DNA of 64,000 nucleotides from contig NC_042999.1 in NCBI RefSeq assembly GCF_006345805.1, forward strand, positions 17,236,001 to 17,300,000, read 5' to 3'. Positions within the stretch are counted from its first letter, which is position 1; every line of letters starts with the position of its first letter. The notes beneath the pieces are model-generated. The model was given only the letters and a program-made list of their open reading frames with translations. It had not been told where the DNA came from and ran no database searches. The translations under genes and the position numbers were made by a program. The stretch comes from Octopus sinensis. Lineage: Eukaryota. Below are positions 38,541-53,493 of this stretch, in pieces.

Positions 38541-38819
38541 GGGCATATGGCGTAGTGGTTAAGAGCGCGGCCTACTAACGCCAATATTCCGAGTTCAATT
38601 CCAGGCTGTGTACTGAATAATAATAACAACAACAACAACAATAATAATAATGATAATAATAATAGTAATAATAATAATAATAACAATAATAATGTCGAAA
38701 AATACCTTAAGAATGAGAACCCAGGCTCTAAATTTCCCCAAGAAACCTGATGAAGGACGGAGGGTATAACAAGGAACAAGATGAGGACAAATATCCGTCA
38801 AATGTAAATAATGTACATA
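38541..38819 (+). mobile_element. Family H SINE: tRNA head + (AAT)n + hammerhead region + tail
   Basis: A-box TGGCGTAGTGG (38548-38558), B-box GAGTTCAATTCC (38591-38602), CTGATGA at 38747; the second half of the ribozyme motif is deleted in this copy. Confidence 0.85.
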
Positions 38820-39332
38820 CATTTCGTTGCCTTAGTTGCAGGTTCACCTAGAAAAAAGTCTGTAGAAGGTTGTCTGTGCCAATGGACGAGTAATTTTCAA
38901 AGATTAGGTTTTTAAAAACACTTTTCCACGCTAATTCTACCTGATAATTATGTTAAGTTTTCTTGTTCTGAGGAATACGCCGCCATTTATTCTATAATTC
39001 AATGAACATGCAACTCAGTTGATTGAAGAACTGGTATACTCATTTCGAACAATATTGGATATTGCATTTATATATTTAGCAGAAATTTAACAGTTTGAAA
39101 GTAGGCGTTCGAGATATTTATTCAGCACCTGGTTAAAGACACTCGGTAGTTATTATTTCTGGAGACAGGTAGTGAATATTGCTTGGTCAACATATTCATT
39201 TCAAATATGAAATTTTTCGATTCCTCGTTGAAGGGCTTAACATCAATTACACTAATGAACCGCTTACATTCAATCGTTATTATTATTGACTAATCGGTAA
39301 AAATGATTATTATTATTAGTTCCATGTTTTAA

Positions 39333-39913
39333 GGCGGCGAGATGGTAGAATTGTTATCGCGTCAGACAAATTGCTTTGCTGCATTAAAAGACCCCCTTCG
39401 GTCATGAATGACCATGGGATTGCACCTAGAAAGTTACCCTCCTAGACACAAGTCCGGGCAAGGTTGTTTATGGAAGACCAGCAGTCGCCCATGCATACCA
39501 GCCTCCCCTCTCCACGCCACCAGCGTTATCCAAGGGAAAGACAAAGGTCGATACAGCTTGGCACCTGTGACGTCGCAACTCATTTCTACAGCTGAGTGAA
39601 CTGGAGCAACGTGAAATAAAGTGCTTTGCTCAAGAACACAACACGCAGCCCGGACCGGGATTCGAGCTCACAACCTCACGATCGTAAGCTCGACGGTCTA
39701 ACCACTGAGCCATGCGCCTTCACATTGCTGCATTAGATCCTGCTTTACGCAATGAATTCAAACTCCGCCGGGGTCGCTTTAGCATTATTCCTTTCGGTGG
39801 CGTGAGGTGTGGGTCTGTAAAATAAGCTCCAGTCAGGTACTGAAATGAAAGCAATCGCCTATCCCTCCCCTCAAAATTCCAGGTGTTTTGCCTATAATAG
39901 AAATAATTATTAT
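39333..39913 (+). mobile_element. Old SINE-A variant interrupted by SINE-C
   Basis: Own 13-bp TSD TTCCATGTTTTAA at 39320-39332 and 39914-39926. Confidence 0.8.
39387..39723 (-). mobile_element. tRNA-derived SINE family C, full length
   Basis: Head GTGAAGGCGCATGGCTCAGTGG; 11-bp TSD TTGCTGCATTA at 39376-39386 and 39725-39735. Confidence 0.9.
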
Positions 39914-39954
39914 TTCCATGTTTTAATCTACCTATCTATCTAAAACCAACGAAG

Positions 39955-40396
39955 AATCTTTTCTACTCCATGCACAAGGCCCGAAATTTTGGGGGGATGG
40001 AGCCAGTCGATTAGATCGACCCCAGTATGCAACTGTTACTTTATTTATCGACCCCGAAAGGATGAAAGGTCAAGTTGACCTCGGCGGAATTTGAACTCAG
40101 AACGTAAAGGCAAACGAAATACCTATTTCTTTACTAACCACAAGGGGCTAAACACAGAGAGGACAAACAAGGAGAGACAAACGGATTAAGTCGATTATAT
40201 CGACCCCAGTGCGTAACAGGTTCTTATTGGTAAAGCGATCCCGGCGGCGTTTGAATTTCGCAGAGGTCGGAATTGCCTTTCATCCCCCGAAATGATGAAA
40301 GTCAAAGTCGACCTCTGCGGGATTTGAACTCAGAACATAACGGCAGACGAAATACCGCTAAACATTTCGCCCAGCGCGCTAACGTTTCTGCCAAGT
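39955..40396 (-). mobile_element. SINE-A multi-unit copy
   Basis: Repeated A blocks on the minus strand. Confidence 0.85.
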
Positions 40397-42379
40397 TCGA
40401 AAAAGAAGAAAGTTGACTAAATGTTTGCGTTTATAAATTAACTCTGCAGTACATCAAACAGCACTCATAATTTCCGTGCATGTTATTAATTCCAGTGCAT
40501 CCATTCTAGACAAATTCGAAGTTACACCACAGTGCAGTTATTAACTTACCCCCAGGGCAAAAATCGGATAGATGTCACGGAACATCATTGTAACTTTGTT
40601 TATCGATTGAAGCCTGAATGGAGGCCATCGATAATTTACTATTTCGTTGGCTTCTATTTTGAATATAGCTCCTTACCATTACCGCTTTCTACTATACATA
40701 TTGATTTGCAAAGCTACAATACTTATTCTTTTCTCTCCACGAAGTAATGCTATTAATCAATGTCTCAATACAACATAAGCTATAATTTAGTCCTAGCGCA
40801 ATCTGCCATCAATATATAAAATAAAAGACATATATATGTCATATGTTTCTATGAGATAGAAATCGTTGAAGGAAAAATTTGTTTTCTTTTTTGTTGAAAC
40901 TATTTTCCAACCGAAGAAGATTATATATTAAATGGAAACACTTTCTTCTCGTAGAGGCAGCAGTTTGATAATTGATCGCTACTAGTAAGATAAATGGTTT
41001 TTAATTGCACCGTATATGAAACAGGACAGTACAATAATCCGTTTGAGATCTGACTTTAGGTGTTAACCTTATGACATTATCACAGTTATCGACTTGATGG
41101 ACTGATAAATGGTTTCAAACCAAAGCTGCGAACGTGCCATTAAATCTGATATGTACGTACTCGGCAGAATCTCATTATTCACTTGAAGAGATCATTCTAC
41201 CATTACTTTATTGAACTTATAGTACAAACGAATAAGTCTTGCAAATGTTCAACATTTAAGTCATTTTAATCTGCTTATGTAGAAATCTAGTGTGCAGACA
41301 ATGTAGCTATCTTTGTAGTAAGAATATAGGGGCTTGCCACGGTATTTAGATGTTAATTAAATTACAAATATGATTTTGCGTCTTAAAATATATTTGCATA
41401 AATATGTAGAAAACTACAGACTTCTTGCTTATTTACCGCAGGACAATTTACCTGACATTTTTGTCTTTAGTTGAAAACAGTTCCTACTATAACTGCTACC
41501 TACTAATGCCAGAAATATAAAATACAACGTCAAATCCTGAATTTCAACAAAACATACTTTAAATGCTGCACCATAAAAGTATTGATCTATAGTAATCTAT
41601 ATTATACCTTTACATCACTGTTATTGACAAACGATTTTGGCATTACTGGGTCAAGATTATTTCTGCATTCGTAATTACAAATTACAGGTTACAGAATGTC
41701 TGTTAAGGACTATACCTGGAATCGAATCTTTAACGTAGAGTTTGTTTAACTCTAAACAGCATTCCTAATGTACAATAACGCACATTAACGACAAAGAATC
41801 TACACAAAACTACACCGAACCTATATAGACATTAACCTAAGACACATATGCTTATATCTGTAAAGGTTTGTCAGTAATCTTATACTATTCTTGTATTTGG
41901 TGACTTTCCATTGTGGGTTTGCTTAATAATTTTCTGTTTGTAAATATAATTCAACAAATTTTTCATTTCATTTATCACCATTTCATGTAGAAGTCACTAC
42001 AAATTATAATGTCTTTGGAATACTTTGCAGATTTAGCACCTTACAGGTTTTACAACAAAATCATGAAAGACATTCGAAGATAGTAAAATTGATTTAGTGT
42101 TCTGAAGTGTTTAGCCGAGTGAGCTGTTTCACCCCTCTCATATCAAATATGCTATATTTCCATAATTTTATGATTTTTTCTTGGATAATCTACGTCGATA
42201 AACCATTTACGCTCACGCTATACATTAGGAGACATATAATTAGGGAAATATCTCCATACACATACATACATACAACAAACATGTAAAGATATATACATAT
42301 ATATATATATGTATATATATCTAAATATATACGTACATATATCTATATATATACGTACATATATATATATATATATATA

Positions 42380-42794
42380 CTCTCTTTTTTACTCTTTTTA
42401 CTTGTTTCAGTCATTTCACTGCGGCCATGCTGGAGCACCGCCTTTAGTCGAGCAAATCGACCCCGGAACTTATTCTTTGTAAGCCCAGTACTTATTCTAT
42501 CGGTCTCTTTTGCCGAACCGCTAAGTGACGGGGACATAAACACACCAGCATCTGTTGTCAGGCAATGCTAGGGGGACAAACACAGACACACAAACACACA
42601 CACACACATACATATATATATATATTTACATATATACGACAGGCTTCTTTCAGTTTCCGTCTCCCAAATCCACTCACAAGGCATTGGTCGGCCCGGGGCT
42701 ATAGCAGAAGACACTTGCCCAAGATGCCACGCAGTGGGACTGAACCCGGAACCATGTGGTTGGTTAGCAAGCTACTTACCACACAGCCACTCCT
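42380..42794 (-). mobile_element. SINE-B, full length, young
   Basis: Near-identical to 36862-37272 in reverse. Confidence 0.95.
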
Positions 42795-43765
42795 CATATA
42801 TCTACATATATGTGCGTGTATGTACATTGATATGCGCATTAGTATGTGTATGCCTGTATAAACATTTACATACATATATGCATACACTCCCACTAAACTA
42901 AAACACATTCTGGCTTTCTTTGAATATTATCATAATTCCAATACCAGTAACGATAGAGAGGCAAACTTATTAAAATAACATGCTGCGATTATTAGCCAGA
43001 TTTGTATGTATTATCTGTATCAAATATTATTATATAAGAAAACGAAACTGTGTCTAAGAATCTGATATATCATACAACGTGACAAATATCATTAGAGAAT
43101 TTTGTACACAATATTCTTTGCAAAAGGTCATTTTTATTTTTCCCATGCGGCTACATCTACTTGACATTTTTATGTTGAAATTAGCTTAAATTATACAGAC
43201 ACAAACATATAATTCAAAACTGCCATCTTACGCACATTGTTAATGTATATTTCTGCATTTATCTAGTTGCATAGAAGTAAACACACATATGTATACATGT
43301 CCAGTTGCATATTGATACTTTCCTTAATCTATTTTATTGCATAATATGTTTCTTCCATTATAAATCTGGAACACCTATATCGAACTGAAGTCATGCAATC
43401 ATCTTCTTGAAGACTAATATATGTCAACCGTTTGAATTACCAAGCGGTATACATCCTTTACGTTATTTTCCCAACATTTTCCATTCTATCATAAATTGCA
43501 GTCTCGAGAAAGCTGTTGACTTTTAGAAAATTCTAAAGAAGTTCCTAGGGAGATAAGTAGTCCAGAGTGTTAAAATCTGTCATCTTGAGTAAACAGAAAG
43601 TGCCAAGCTATAATTGTAGATTCGTTCGCATTATGGGAGAAAAAAGATATAAGATTTTATGATTTTCTATTTTCAGGTTGACTGGTATTTTTTGTGTGTG
43701 TGATTAGATAAATGTATCTCACATTTGCATTGAAAGCAGCGCAAATTGGAGCTCTATACTGCTAT

Positions 43766-44173
43766 TTCTCTTTTTCTCTTTTTTTTTCTTTTTACTTGTT
43801 TCAGTCACTTTGACTGCGGCCATGCTGGTGCACCGCCTTTAATCGAGCAACTCGACCCCGGGACTTATTCTTTGTAAGCCCAGTACTTATTCTATCGGTC
43901 TCTTTTGCGAACCGCTAAGTGATGGGGACATAAACACACCAGCATCAGTTGTCAAGCAATGCTAGGGGGACAAACACAGACATATACGCACACACACCAT
44001 ATATATATATATACATATATACGACGGGCTTCTTTCAGTTTCCGTCTACCAAATCCACTCACAATGCTTTGGACGGCCCGAGGCTATAGTAGAATACATT
44101 TGCCTGAGGTGCCACTGAACCCGGAAACATGTGGTTGGTAAACAAGCTATTTACCACACAGCCACTCCTACGC
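43766..44173 (-). mobile_element. SINE-B, full length
   Basis: Reverse-complement B copy; a further decayed B lies at ~44490-44700. Confidence 0.9.
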
Positions 44174-44759
44174 TGTGATAATGCTTTACATAAAATACGT
44201 CTTTCTGATGGTTCTTTACATATGCATCTTCCGATATACTTTGAGATGCATCGTATGAACATGGACCGACGATAGAAACTTTTGTTTAAAAATTTTACAA
44301 GGAAAATAGATACATCGTGTATAACAGCATCATCATATAAGGCAAGTATTACACTAACCAAGATTCATCTAATGTATAAAACCAACGATTGTCGAACATA
44401 TGTAAGGTAAATCGTCAATTATGTTATATACCCAATCGTGTGTGTGTGTTTATGTTTAAGAGAATCTGACATTGCATATGCATGTATCTTTTACATATTT
44501 CAGTCATTTGACAGCGTTAACGCTATTATATTTATATTTTTAAAGCATGGAGCTTCTTCTATTGGTCTCTTTTGCCGAAACACTAAGTCACGGGGTCGTA
44601 AAGACACCGACACTGTTTGTCAAGCGGTTGTAGTGGACAAACACAGATCCAAAGACATATAAGCACACATTCACACACACGTACAGATACACAAACATAC
44701 ACACACACAAACACACACACACACACATATATATATATAAAACAAAAAAATGTCACAAA

Positions 44760-44822
44760 ATGATGCATATATATAATATATATTATATATATATATATAT
44801 ATAATATATAATATATATATAT

Positions 44823-44854
<32 letters not shown>

Positions 44855-44929
44855 ATATCTATATATATATATATATATATAATTATATATATATAATAAT
44901 ATATATAATATATATATATATATATAATA

Positions 44930-44980
<51 letters not shown>

Positions 44981-45000
44981 TATATATATTATATATATAT

Positions 45001-45032
<32 letters not shown>

Positions 45033-45085
45033 ATATATATATCTATAATATATATATATATATATAATATCATATATATATATAT
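44760..45085. repeat. Long imperfect (TA)n tract
   Basis: Direct reading; one of many such tracts (e.g. 35280-35565, 49330-49585, 54110-54330). Confidence 0.95.
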
Positions 45086-45464
45086 TCAAAGTTACTCCCA
45101 CCGCAGAACGGGGCGCCGCTGCGTGGTGCCAAGGATTCCAACATCACCACAAAATACAGGTCCAGATACTGCAACAGCTTGGGTTTCAGAGGACCACAGC
45201 TCTTTAACATCCTCCCAAATGCCTGAGAGACTTACATGTGTGGTGTGGTTTCTTTAAAACTAACTGGATCTCTTCTTGTTGGGAGTCCCAGATGAACCTA
45301 CTCACGACAGGAGACACGGATGCGGGCAGCAGAATCGAACTCCCTTGTTGATCAAGTGCCACGTATCAGAGGTGGATTCACAAACTAGTGTAGCTCATTC
45401 AGCGGTGGTGCCCCAGCATGGCCGCGGCCTTCGGGCTAAAACATTTTTAAGGATTTAAGGATTT
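45086..45464 (+). mobile_element. 5'-truncated CR1/L2-group LINE: ORF2 C-terminus, 3' UTR and (AAGGATTT)n-like tail
   Basis: Frameshifted translation YCNSLGFRGPQLFNILP...CLRDLH...FFKT...LDLFLLGVPDEP...RAAESNSLVDQVPRIRGGFTN* (stop at 45386-45388); inserted in (TA)n. Confidence 0.85.
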
Positions 45465-46035
45465 ATATATATATATATATATATAATATATATATATATA
45501 TAATATATATATATGCATGTATATATATGTATTCGAAACTAGTTAAAAATAATGTCATTACACATTTTTATTTTTATTGGAGCAATCTGGCTTACAGATG
45601 TTTCGGGTAGTAATTATAGGTACATTACTGATAGGTTTACTCATTTGGTCTATCGACCGATGGAGGGGGGGTGAACGACCTAAGACAGTAAATGCTACTT
45701 TCGTCAGTCATTTCTGGTCATAACAAATAGAGAATTGGTGGAAGGTCTATTGTATGTGGATGATGGGAGGAGAAGATGGAAATTTTAAAGTACAATAGAG
45801 AATAGAGGAAAACAGGATAGAAGGAGGTGAAGGTAGGTGAGGATATGGTATAAGAGTCACTTACAAGAAGTAGGGGAATTACATTCCTAAATTTGGAAGA
45901 AGGACAGCCTAAAATATTACTGTTTTGTAGTCAGGGCAGCATCCATTACTATATTAGAATTGTACATAAGATAGATATATTCTCCAGCAATCGTGTTGAA
46001 ATATGATATTGGATTCTTATTCACATGATTTATAT

Positions 46036-46185
46036 TATTTACATTTGATGGATATTTGTCCTCATCTTGTTTGTTTTAACACAACGTTTCGGCTGATATA
46101 CCCTCCAGATTTCATCAGGAGTATAGGGGAAATTTCGAACCTGGCTTCTCATTCCTAAGGTATTTTTCGATGTTATTGTTGTTGT

Positions 46186-46229
<44 letters not shown>

Positions 46230-46300
46230 CTCCTACTACTACTACTACTACTGCTACTACTACTACTTCTATTATTGTTATTATTATTATTATTATTATA
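46036..46300 (-). mobile_element. Family H copy without head; hammerhead core at 46078-46123
   Basis: Reverse complement CTGATGAAATCTGGAGGGTATATCAGCCGAAACGTTGTGTT; preceded by a (TAG)/(AAT) tract. Confidence 0.8.
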
Positions 46301-46391
46301 GTAGAAGACACTTCCCAAGATACCACGAAGTGGAACTGTACCCGGATATATTTGGTTGGGCAGCAAGCTTCCTACCTCACTGCCATACATG

Positions 46392-46432
<41 letters not shown>

Positions 46433-46744
46433 GTACATACGTGCATACATACATAGCTACATACATTAAATACATGTGTGTCAGTGCTTAACAGTGTAAG
46501 AGTGTATGTTAGATCAGGTAGAACTGATCTAAGGTCTCGCTTAGGATGGATGCCGTCTGGAATTTATCAAGATGTGCCACCATTCCATCTGATACAAGAA
46601 AGTAATACTCTCTTATGCAATTCGTATTCTTTTGAAACATTACTGAAGCTTAGTAGATGTTTGGATATAGAAAAATTTGTGGCATTAAAGAAGCAAGGCT
46701 CTTCGTGTGATATAATTTTTGTTATATTAAATAGCTACATAATA

Positions 46745-47085
<341 letters not shown>

Positions 47086-47913
47086 TATAGATTGTTAGGT
47101 AGATTCATATATAGAGTAAGAAATAGGGAGAGAGAGAAAGGAAAAATAAGTGAACAATGACAGGAGAGAAAGAGAGATAGAGAAAGCAGTGAAGATATAT
47201 TAATATCCGAAGCTTCAGACAGAATCAAAAGCTAGTGAAGTAGAGAATCGCAGACACAGGGTATGAACTTGAGTGAAGTTACAAATTACTAAAAAGAAAA
47301 TATTAACATAGCATTAAGACAGACATAAAACCAAATATTCTGTCAAGTATTTCAAAGAATTACAACCAGTTTGACAAGCAATGATTTGAGAATCAATTAC
47401 AAAGATATACATAAAACACATCTCTATTTTGAGACTAGCAAAATCAATGAAACCTACGCAGCGTCTTCTGACTAATTGCCCGAGCAGTCCCAAAGAGAAA
47501 AAAAAATTATAATAAACGATCTTCAAATACTTTATTTGACGAATTGCGATATATAGTTACCCATGTATTTAATATTGGCTGGACTTTTTTGCTTTTATTT
47601 GAGCTATTGAATACATAGTACATTCTCTCTCTCTCTCTCTCGCCCCCTCTTTCTCTCTCTCTCTCTCACAGACGCACGCACGAGTACTTGCATACATAGG
47701 CAACATTTGTATCCAAATTAACGGAGAAGTATTGCTAGTAAATCAAATTCTGCGATATTCGCCTTGGGATGTCTTTGATATGCAGACATGGTGCATGAGA
47801 TAAGAAAGATATCGTAATGGTGATACTGCCTCCGTCGATAATATATACACTTATATATGTATACGTGTGTATGTGTATGTATATATATACATATATATAT
47901 ATATATTATATAT

Positions 47914-47949
<36 letters not shown>

Positions 47950-49336
47950 CATACATATACACATACAAATATATGCATATATATATTTATACATACACAC
48001 ACACAAACGCACACACACACACACACATATGTATATAAGCAAACTTTAGGTGAGATAAAATATGGTTGCGACATATTTGAACTCCTTAAAGATAAAAACA
48101 TTGCATATACCGTGGAGGAAATATCTCTATTATGGTAAAATGCGTAAAATCACTAAGTTTGTTCAGTGTCGCCATCTATCCAGAATCTCTGACATCAATG
48201 TTTCGAATTCATTGACTATTGTCAATGGGATATACCTAAGAGAGGCAACTCAGAAGAAACTTTTTACATAAAGCAATAGTTAACATCGTTGACTGATTTG
48301 CGCTAGTATGTCACCCGATTGAGGAAAATAATGAAATGATAGCGCCAATTATTGTTTAGGCATAAGCATAATTCATAATAGTTAAAATACGTTTGTGACA
48401 TGTTTCAACTGCTAAAAGGCAGATACATTGTAGTTACAATGGAGAAAATATCGCTCTTATTTTAAAGGGTGCAAAAATACATTGTTCAATGTCGCCATCT
48501 ATCAGAAATCCCTGCCTCAGACCCGGAGAATAGTTGTTGCTTCAGATGTGGAACACATGTATAGAAAATTTATGGTAGATGAGTTTAATGTCACTTTAAT
48601 ATTTTCTGTGTCCTGTCGGGTTGATGATAGAGAGGGTTTAGAAGAGACTGTTGAGAAAATGGAGCAGGCATTATAGGGATAGCACTCTCCTGACCCTCAC
48701 CGGATTTTCCCTGTCACACTTACAAATACCAATAAGACGCCTCGACGCTTTTTAAAATAATTTAAATATTACGACCTCTTTCGAAAAGGTTCACAGTATA
48801 ACCAAATATCTAAATGTTACACCATGCCTGGACTGGAAACTCTATTATACCTACCATGAAACAACAGGAAACTTCCACCACAGATTATGGAATCAACTCA
48901 GATATATTAGCGACATCATAGCTATCAATTCATCAAAACGAGTCGCTAAATGTGGAGCCAACGAACGGATATTCAATGACAATGTAGGTTACTTCAATGA
49001 GAGTCTCGGTTGCAAACTTTCTAAAATATACATCATTTAGTCGAAAATTCACTGCAGAAATATTGGGGAATTAACTAAAAATGTAAAGAGAATCCGGCAA
49101 ATATTGCTGTCGCAGATGGTAGGAGTAAAATTGCGAGGAATACCAAAGTCACTGGCGGGACCTATGGGGCACCACATCCACGGGAAGCTGCCATGAAGTC
49201 GGCATAAAAGAACTAACGAACATCAGGCTTCTCGGTGCAATTGGAGGGATACAGAAACACAGGGGTAGGTAATTTTTTACACTAACACACACGCAGAAAG
49301 TCACATAAATACAGACATACATATGCATATATATAC

Positions 49337-49383
<47 letters not shown>

Positions 49384-49384
49384 A

Positions 49385-49423
<39 letters not shown>

Positions 49424-49498
49424 TACATATATACGTATATATGTTTGTGTGCGTATGTATCTGTGAGCAGTCATTTATATGTAAATATAGACATATCT

Positions 49499-49584
<86 letters not shown>

Positions 49585-49589
<5 letters not shown>

Positions 49590-49950
49590 AATAATAAGGG
49601 TAAACTTAATTAATTATTAATTAATAATTTTACCAAGTAGTGTTCAATATGTAAAAAGACCATTACGGTATATTTAAAACATTATGTTATATAATTAGGG
49701 TTAACGAAATCTGGGGCTGATGACAGGAATGTTGATATAGGTGTGTATTTCTAGCATCTCTATATCGAACTAACCCAGAAACGGCGTTCTCAAGTAATCG
49801 ATGTACGTGTGATATTTCGTTATCGTTCCCTCTATACCTACGTGGATTTTTCTTTTGAGTATACATTGTCTGGGAGACTCTTCTTATAGTAGAGGAAATA
49901 GCTCAATTCTTTGGCTGCTATTTTTAAAAGTTAGGTGTGTGGTAAAGAAA
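49585..49950 (+). mobile_element. Probable PLE-type terminal repeat
   Basis: Bounded by (TA)n; its 3' part (~49895-49945) is homologous to the arm of the 53494 hairpin. Confidence 0.45.
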
Positions 49951-50619
49951 TATATATATATATATAGTCAATTTGAAGGTATAGACCTTTTATAGGGAAG
50001 GTGCCATCCAAGTTATACCGGTTTAATATATTATACCGTGAAGAGATATCCCTTCAATAAATATATTGCAAATATCAAATATTACTAACCAAGAAAACGG
50101 AGAGAGTTAATGGATAAAATTAATTAATTAAAGAATTAACATTGCCTACAGTTATTTCAATTCGCACTCTATTGGAGAATTTAAGTGGGCGAAAGGACAG
50201 TATGGAAGTTACATGTCGACCGGTTGAGACATTTTAACAGATTAAGATGTGGAGACTATGTTTAATCTTTTTACATGTGTGTTAATATTTTAATTAATTT
50301 ACCTTAATTTATTTTTATTTTCATGTTCATATGTGCATGTTACATTGTTTAATAAATTTATATATTTTAAGGAAAATATAAATACACAGACATACACACG
50401 CACATAACTAAACAGAGTCTCATCTACCTAGTCGGTTAAAATGTCTCAATCTGTCGGCATGTAACGTTCTTAATGTTCTATAGCCCTGATGACATTCTAC
50501 TCAAAATCTTCAATTGAGTGCGAATTGTAACATCTATAGGCAATGTTGATTAATTAACAAATTAATTTTATCCGTAGACTCTCCATTCTCTTGCTTAATA
50601 ATAAGTATATTCATAAAAA

Positions 50620-50990
<371 letters not shown>

Positions 50991-53406
50991 TTTATATTTT
51001 GCTAATCATGACTAAGAAATTGGTGAAAATATTGAAATTGCAATTTCTTATTAAATTGAGGAATATTTAGTCTATGTTCATTCTTTTGTTATACATCTTT
51101 TCACTACATGGTGAAAATGTCTTCAACAAAATTCTTTCCCATATATATATATATATATGTATATATATATTAATATTTCTAAGTCTCTGGAAAGGAGATT
51201 ACGGCAGAGGTACTGGATATTAATAGTTATCGCCAAGCTAATATAGCAGTTAAGAAATATAGGACGAATGCTGCTGTTGATTAGCACCAATGGGGCATCA
51301 CCTCTAGCTAGCTACGTGACACACGAACCTGTGTACATTATAACCTTCGAAGAGGGGAGGTCAGGCATCTGCAGACTAGTTTCTGGGTATTTTCCCCTTA
51401 TCAATGCAGAGCAGCCGAACCCAGCATATATGTATATATACTGATCATAAAAAATATTATCGGGAGTGCGAGGATGTTTGTGCCTGTATGTGTCATTAGT
51501 ATGTAAGAAGAACCAACATGTTTTACACTGTCGAACGTCAATGATTATTAAACGAATTTATGTGCTCTAACTTATTCTTTATATTCGGTGCTGTAAGTTT
51601 AAGATAGCACATATTACATAGCTTAGCTAATGTAATCATCGTTTTCTATTAGTTTCTATCATATCACAGAAACTGAAATTCATAAGCAATTACAATCAAT
51701 TGATAAGTTTATGGTTTACAAAACACACGCACACAAATTTGAAAGCCACATCAATATTTATCAGTCAAGTAGTTACACACATCTTTTAATCAAAAAATCT
51801 ACTGTAATGCAATAAGAATTACGGATAATGGAAATTGAATTGTTGACCTACTCACAGAGGAAAGACCATAAATATATACAATATTAAATACGAATGGGTA
51901 TTTAATATAACTCATACCAATTTAATCAACCAATCTAATGATATCGATGAGCTACAGCAATATTAATGGTTTTGTTTCTAAGGATGGATTTACAGTAAAA
52001 CGAAACAGGATTTGTATCTTACGGCATTTGCCGAATAAAGAAACGGGCTTAGCATTATTAGCAGCTTAACACAGTTATCTCTTAACTTGTAATATAGATT
52101 AAATCGTAGCTATTTGAGCGCATCTGCTATGTTATGCAATCTCTGCCAAAGAAATATATTTTTTCATAGAGTACGACCAGGTCTGACTGGACTCATATAT
52201 AGTTCATAAGTCCAATCTTTCTGTTGTTATCTAAGAAAGGGCAAAAAAGCATGGGCAAATGATATTAAAGATTAAGTCTGTCTATTTACACAGCCTGTTT
52301 AAATCATTATACCTAGTTAAAGAATTGCTTCATTGAAATAATGCAGTCCATCCTGGGGTTTAAAGATTTTACGAAGGCGTCCCACGAACTTTGTTACAGT
52401 CGGACATATCTCCAGGAAATTACCAGATAAAGAGAATTAATTGTTTTGCAACTAAAAAGTTGCACAATAAATGTTGAAATATATTAATGTTCGTTTAGAA
52501 CCGGCATATTTCTATAAATAAAATCATTCTGAAAGTAATTAATATCATGAACGTGCTAATTTTATCTGATGCAAAAAAAAAAAAAATGCCGCGAGGAAAA
52601 CTGTTTCCCTTGGTTCCGTTCTCATAATTGTTTCGCTAAACCAATAACAACAATACAAAGTATGTAGCCCTTAAAACGGTTTTTGTGGATTTACAAAGAA
52701 TACTTAAGTGTCTTATATAGGATTTGTTTTTTTAGGAATTCCCAATAAGTTATGAATACCGAATTGTGTAGTCAATTATGTAATAACATGAAATTAGTTA
52801 CCCGATTGTAAAAATTCAAATAAAGTAGCCTCGAAAAGGTGTTGAATGCGTTTCCAGAGTTATATAGAACATAGGAGGAAATACTAATAAGGTATGAATA
52901 TAAAAATCGTGAAGAATGACACGTAATAAAAGGGTAATCACATATGAGATAACAATACAAAGTAAATAACTCTGGAAAGGATCTGTGGGCGTTCCTAGAG
53001 AATATTACCCTCAGGGGCGCTAGTTTTGGTACATTCGTGAATAAATCACTAACCGAAATAAGTGGATCTATTGTTAAGGAAAATATTATTTGCTTGTTTA
53101 AGGGTTGTACTGGATAAATAGCGAAAATAATTCCAACAGTTCAAATACAAAGAAATAAGCATACTCAATTTCCTTTATACCAAATAATTAAGGAAAATGA
53201 ATGGGTTATTTTCCTTGGCTCTATATAAGGATCCTCTCCAGGGAACCTATTATCGATTCTTTTCAACAATCTGAGTATGCCAGGAGATTTCCAGACATGA
53301 GTTCCACTCACGTGTCAAGTTTCTTCAAAATCGATGAAACGATGCAGGAAGAATTAACTAACAACTCTGCAAGCGCACCCACAGTCAGAATTTCCCACAT
53401 ATGTAG

Positions 53407-53440
<34 letters not shown>

Positions 53441-53493
53441 ATATATATGTGTGTGTGGTGTGTGTGTGTGTATGTGTGTATATGTGTATGTAT

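Noticed and set aside
38541-38610. tRNA gene calls for SINE heads (also 28647 and 39650-39723)
   Set aside because: A and B boxes are present but I could not fold a full cloverleaf, and each head runs into a SINE body.
46509-46588. Possible minus-strand terminal exon ([25 protein letters not shown])
   Set aside because: A good acceptor alone is insufficient; the peptide is unrecognised and has no linked exons.
48740-49000. PLE RT/endonuclease linker-like frame (KCYTMPGLETL...NNRKL)
   Set aside because: Too short and degenerate to support a call.
49705-49790. Hammerhead candidate CTGATGA...GAAAC in the PLE-like repeat
   Set aside because: No UH cleavage site or helix I, and the helix II base is mismatched.
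52317-52570. Minus-strand frame resembling GPCR TM7/helix 8 (LLCNFLVAKQLILLSGNFLEICPTVTKFVGRLRKIFK)
   Set aside because: The key NPxxY-type residues are absent and no other helices are in frame; it would need an HMM hit.
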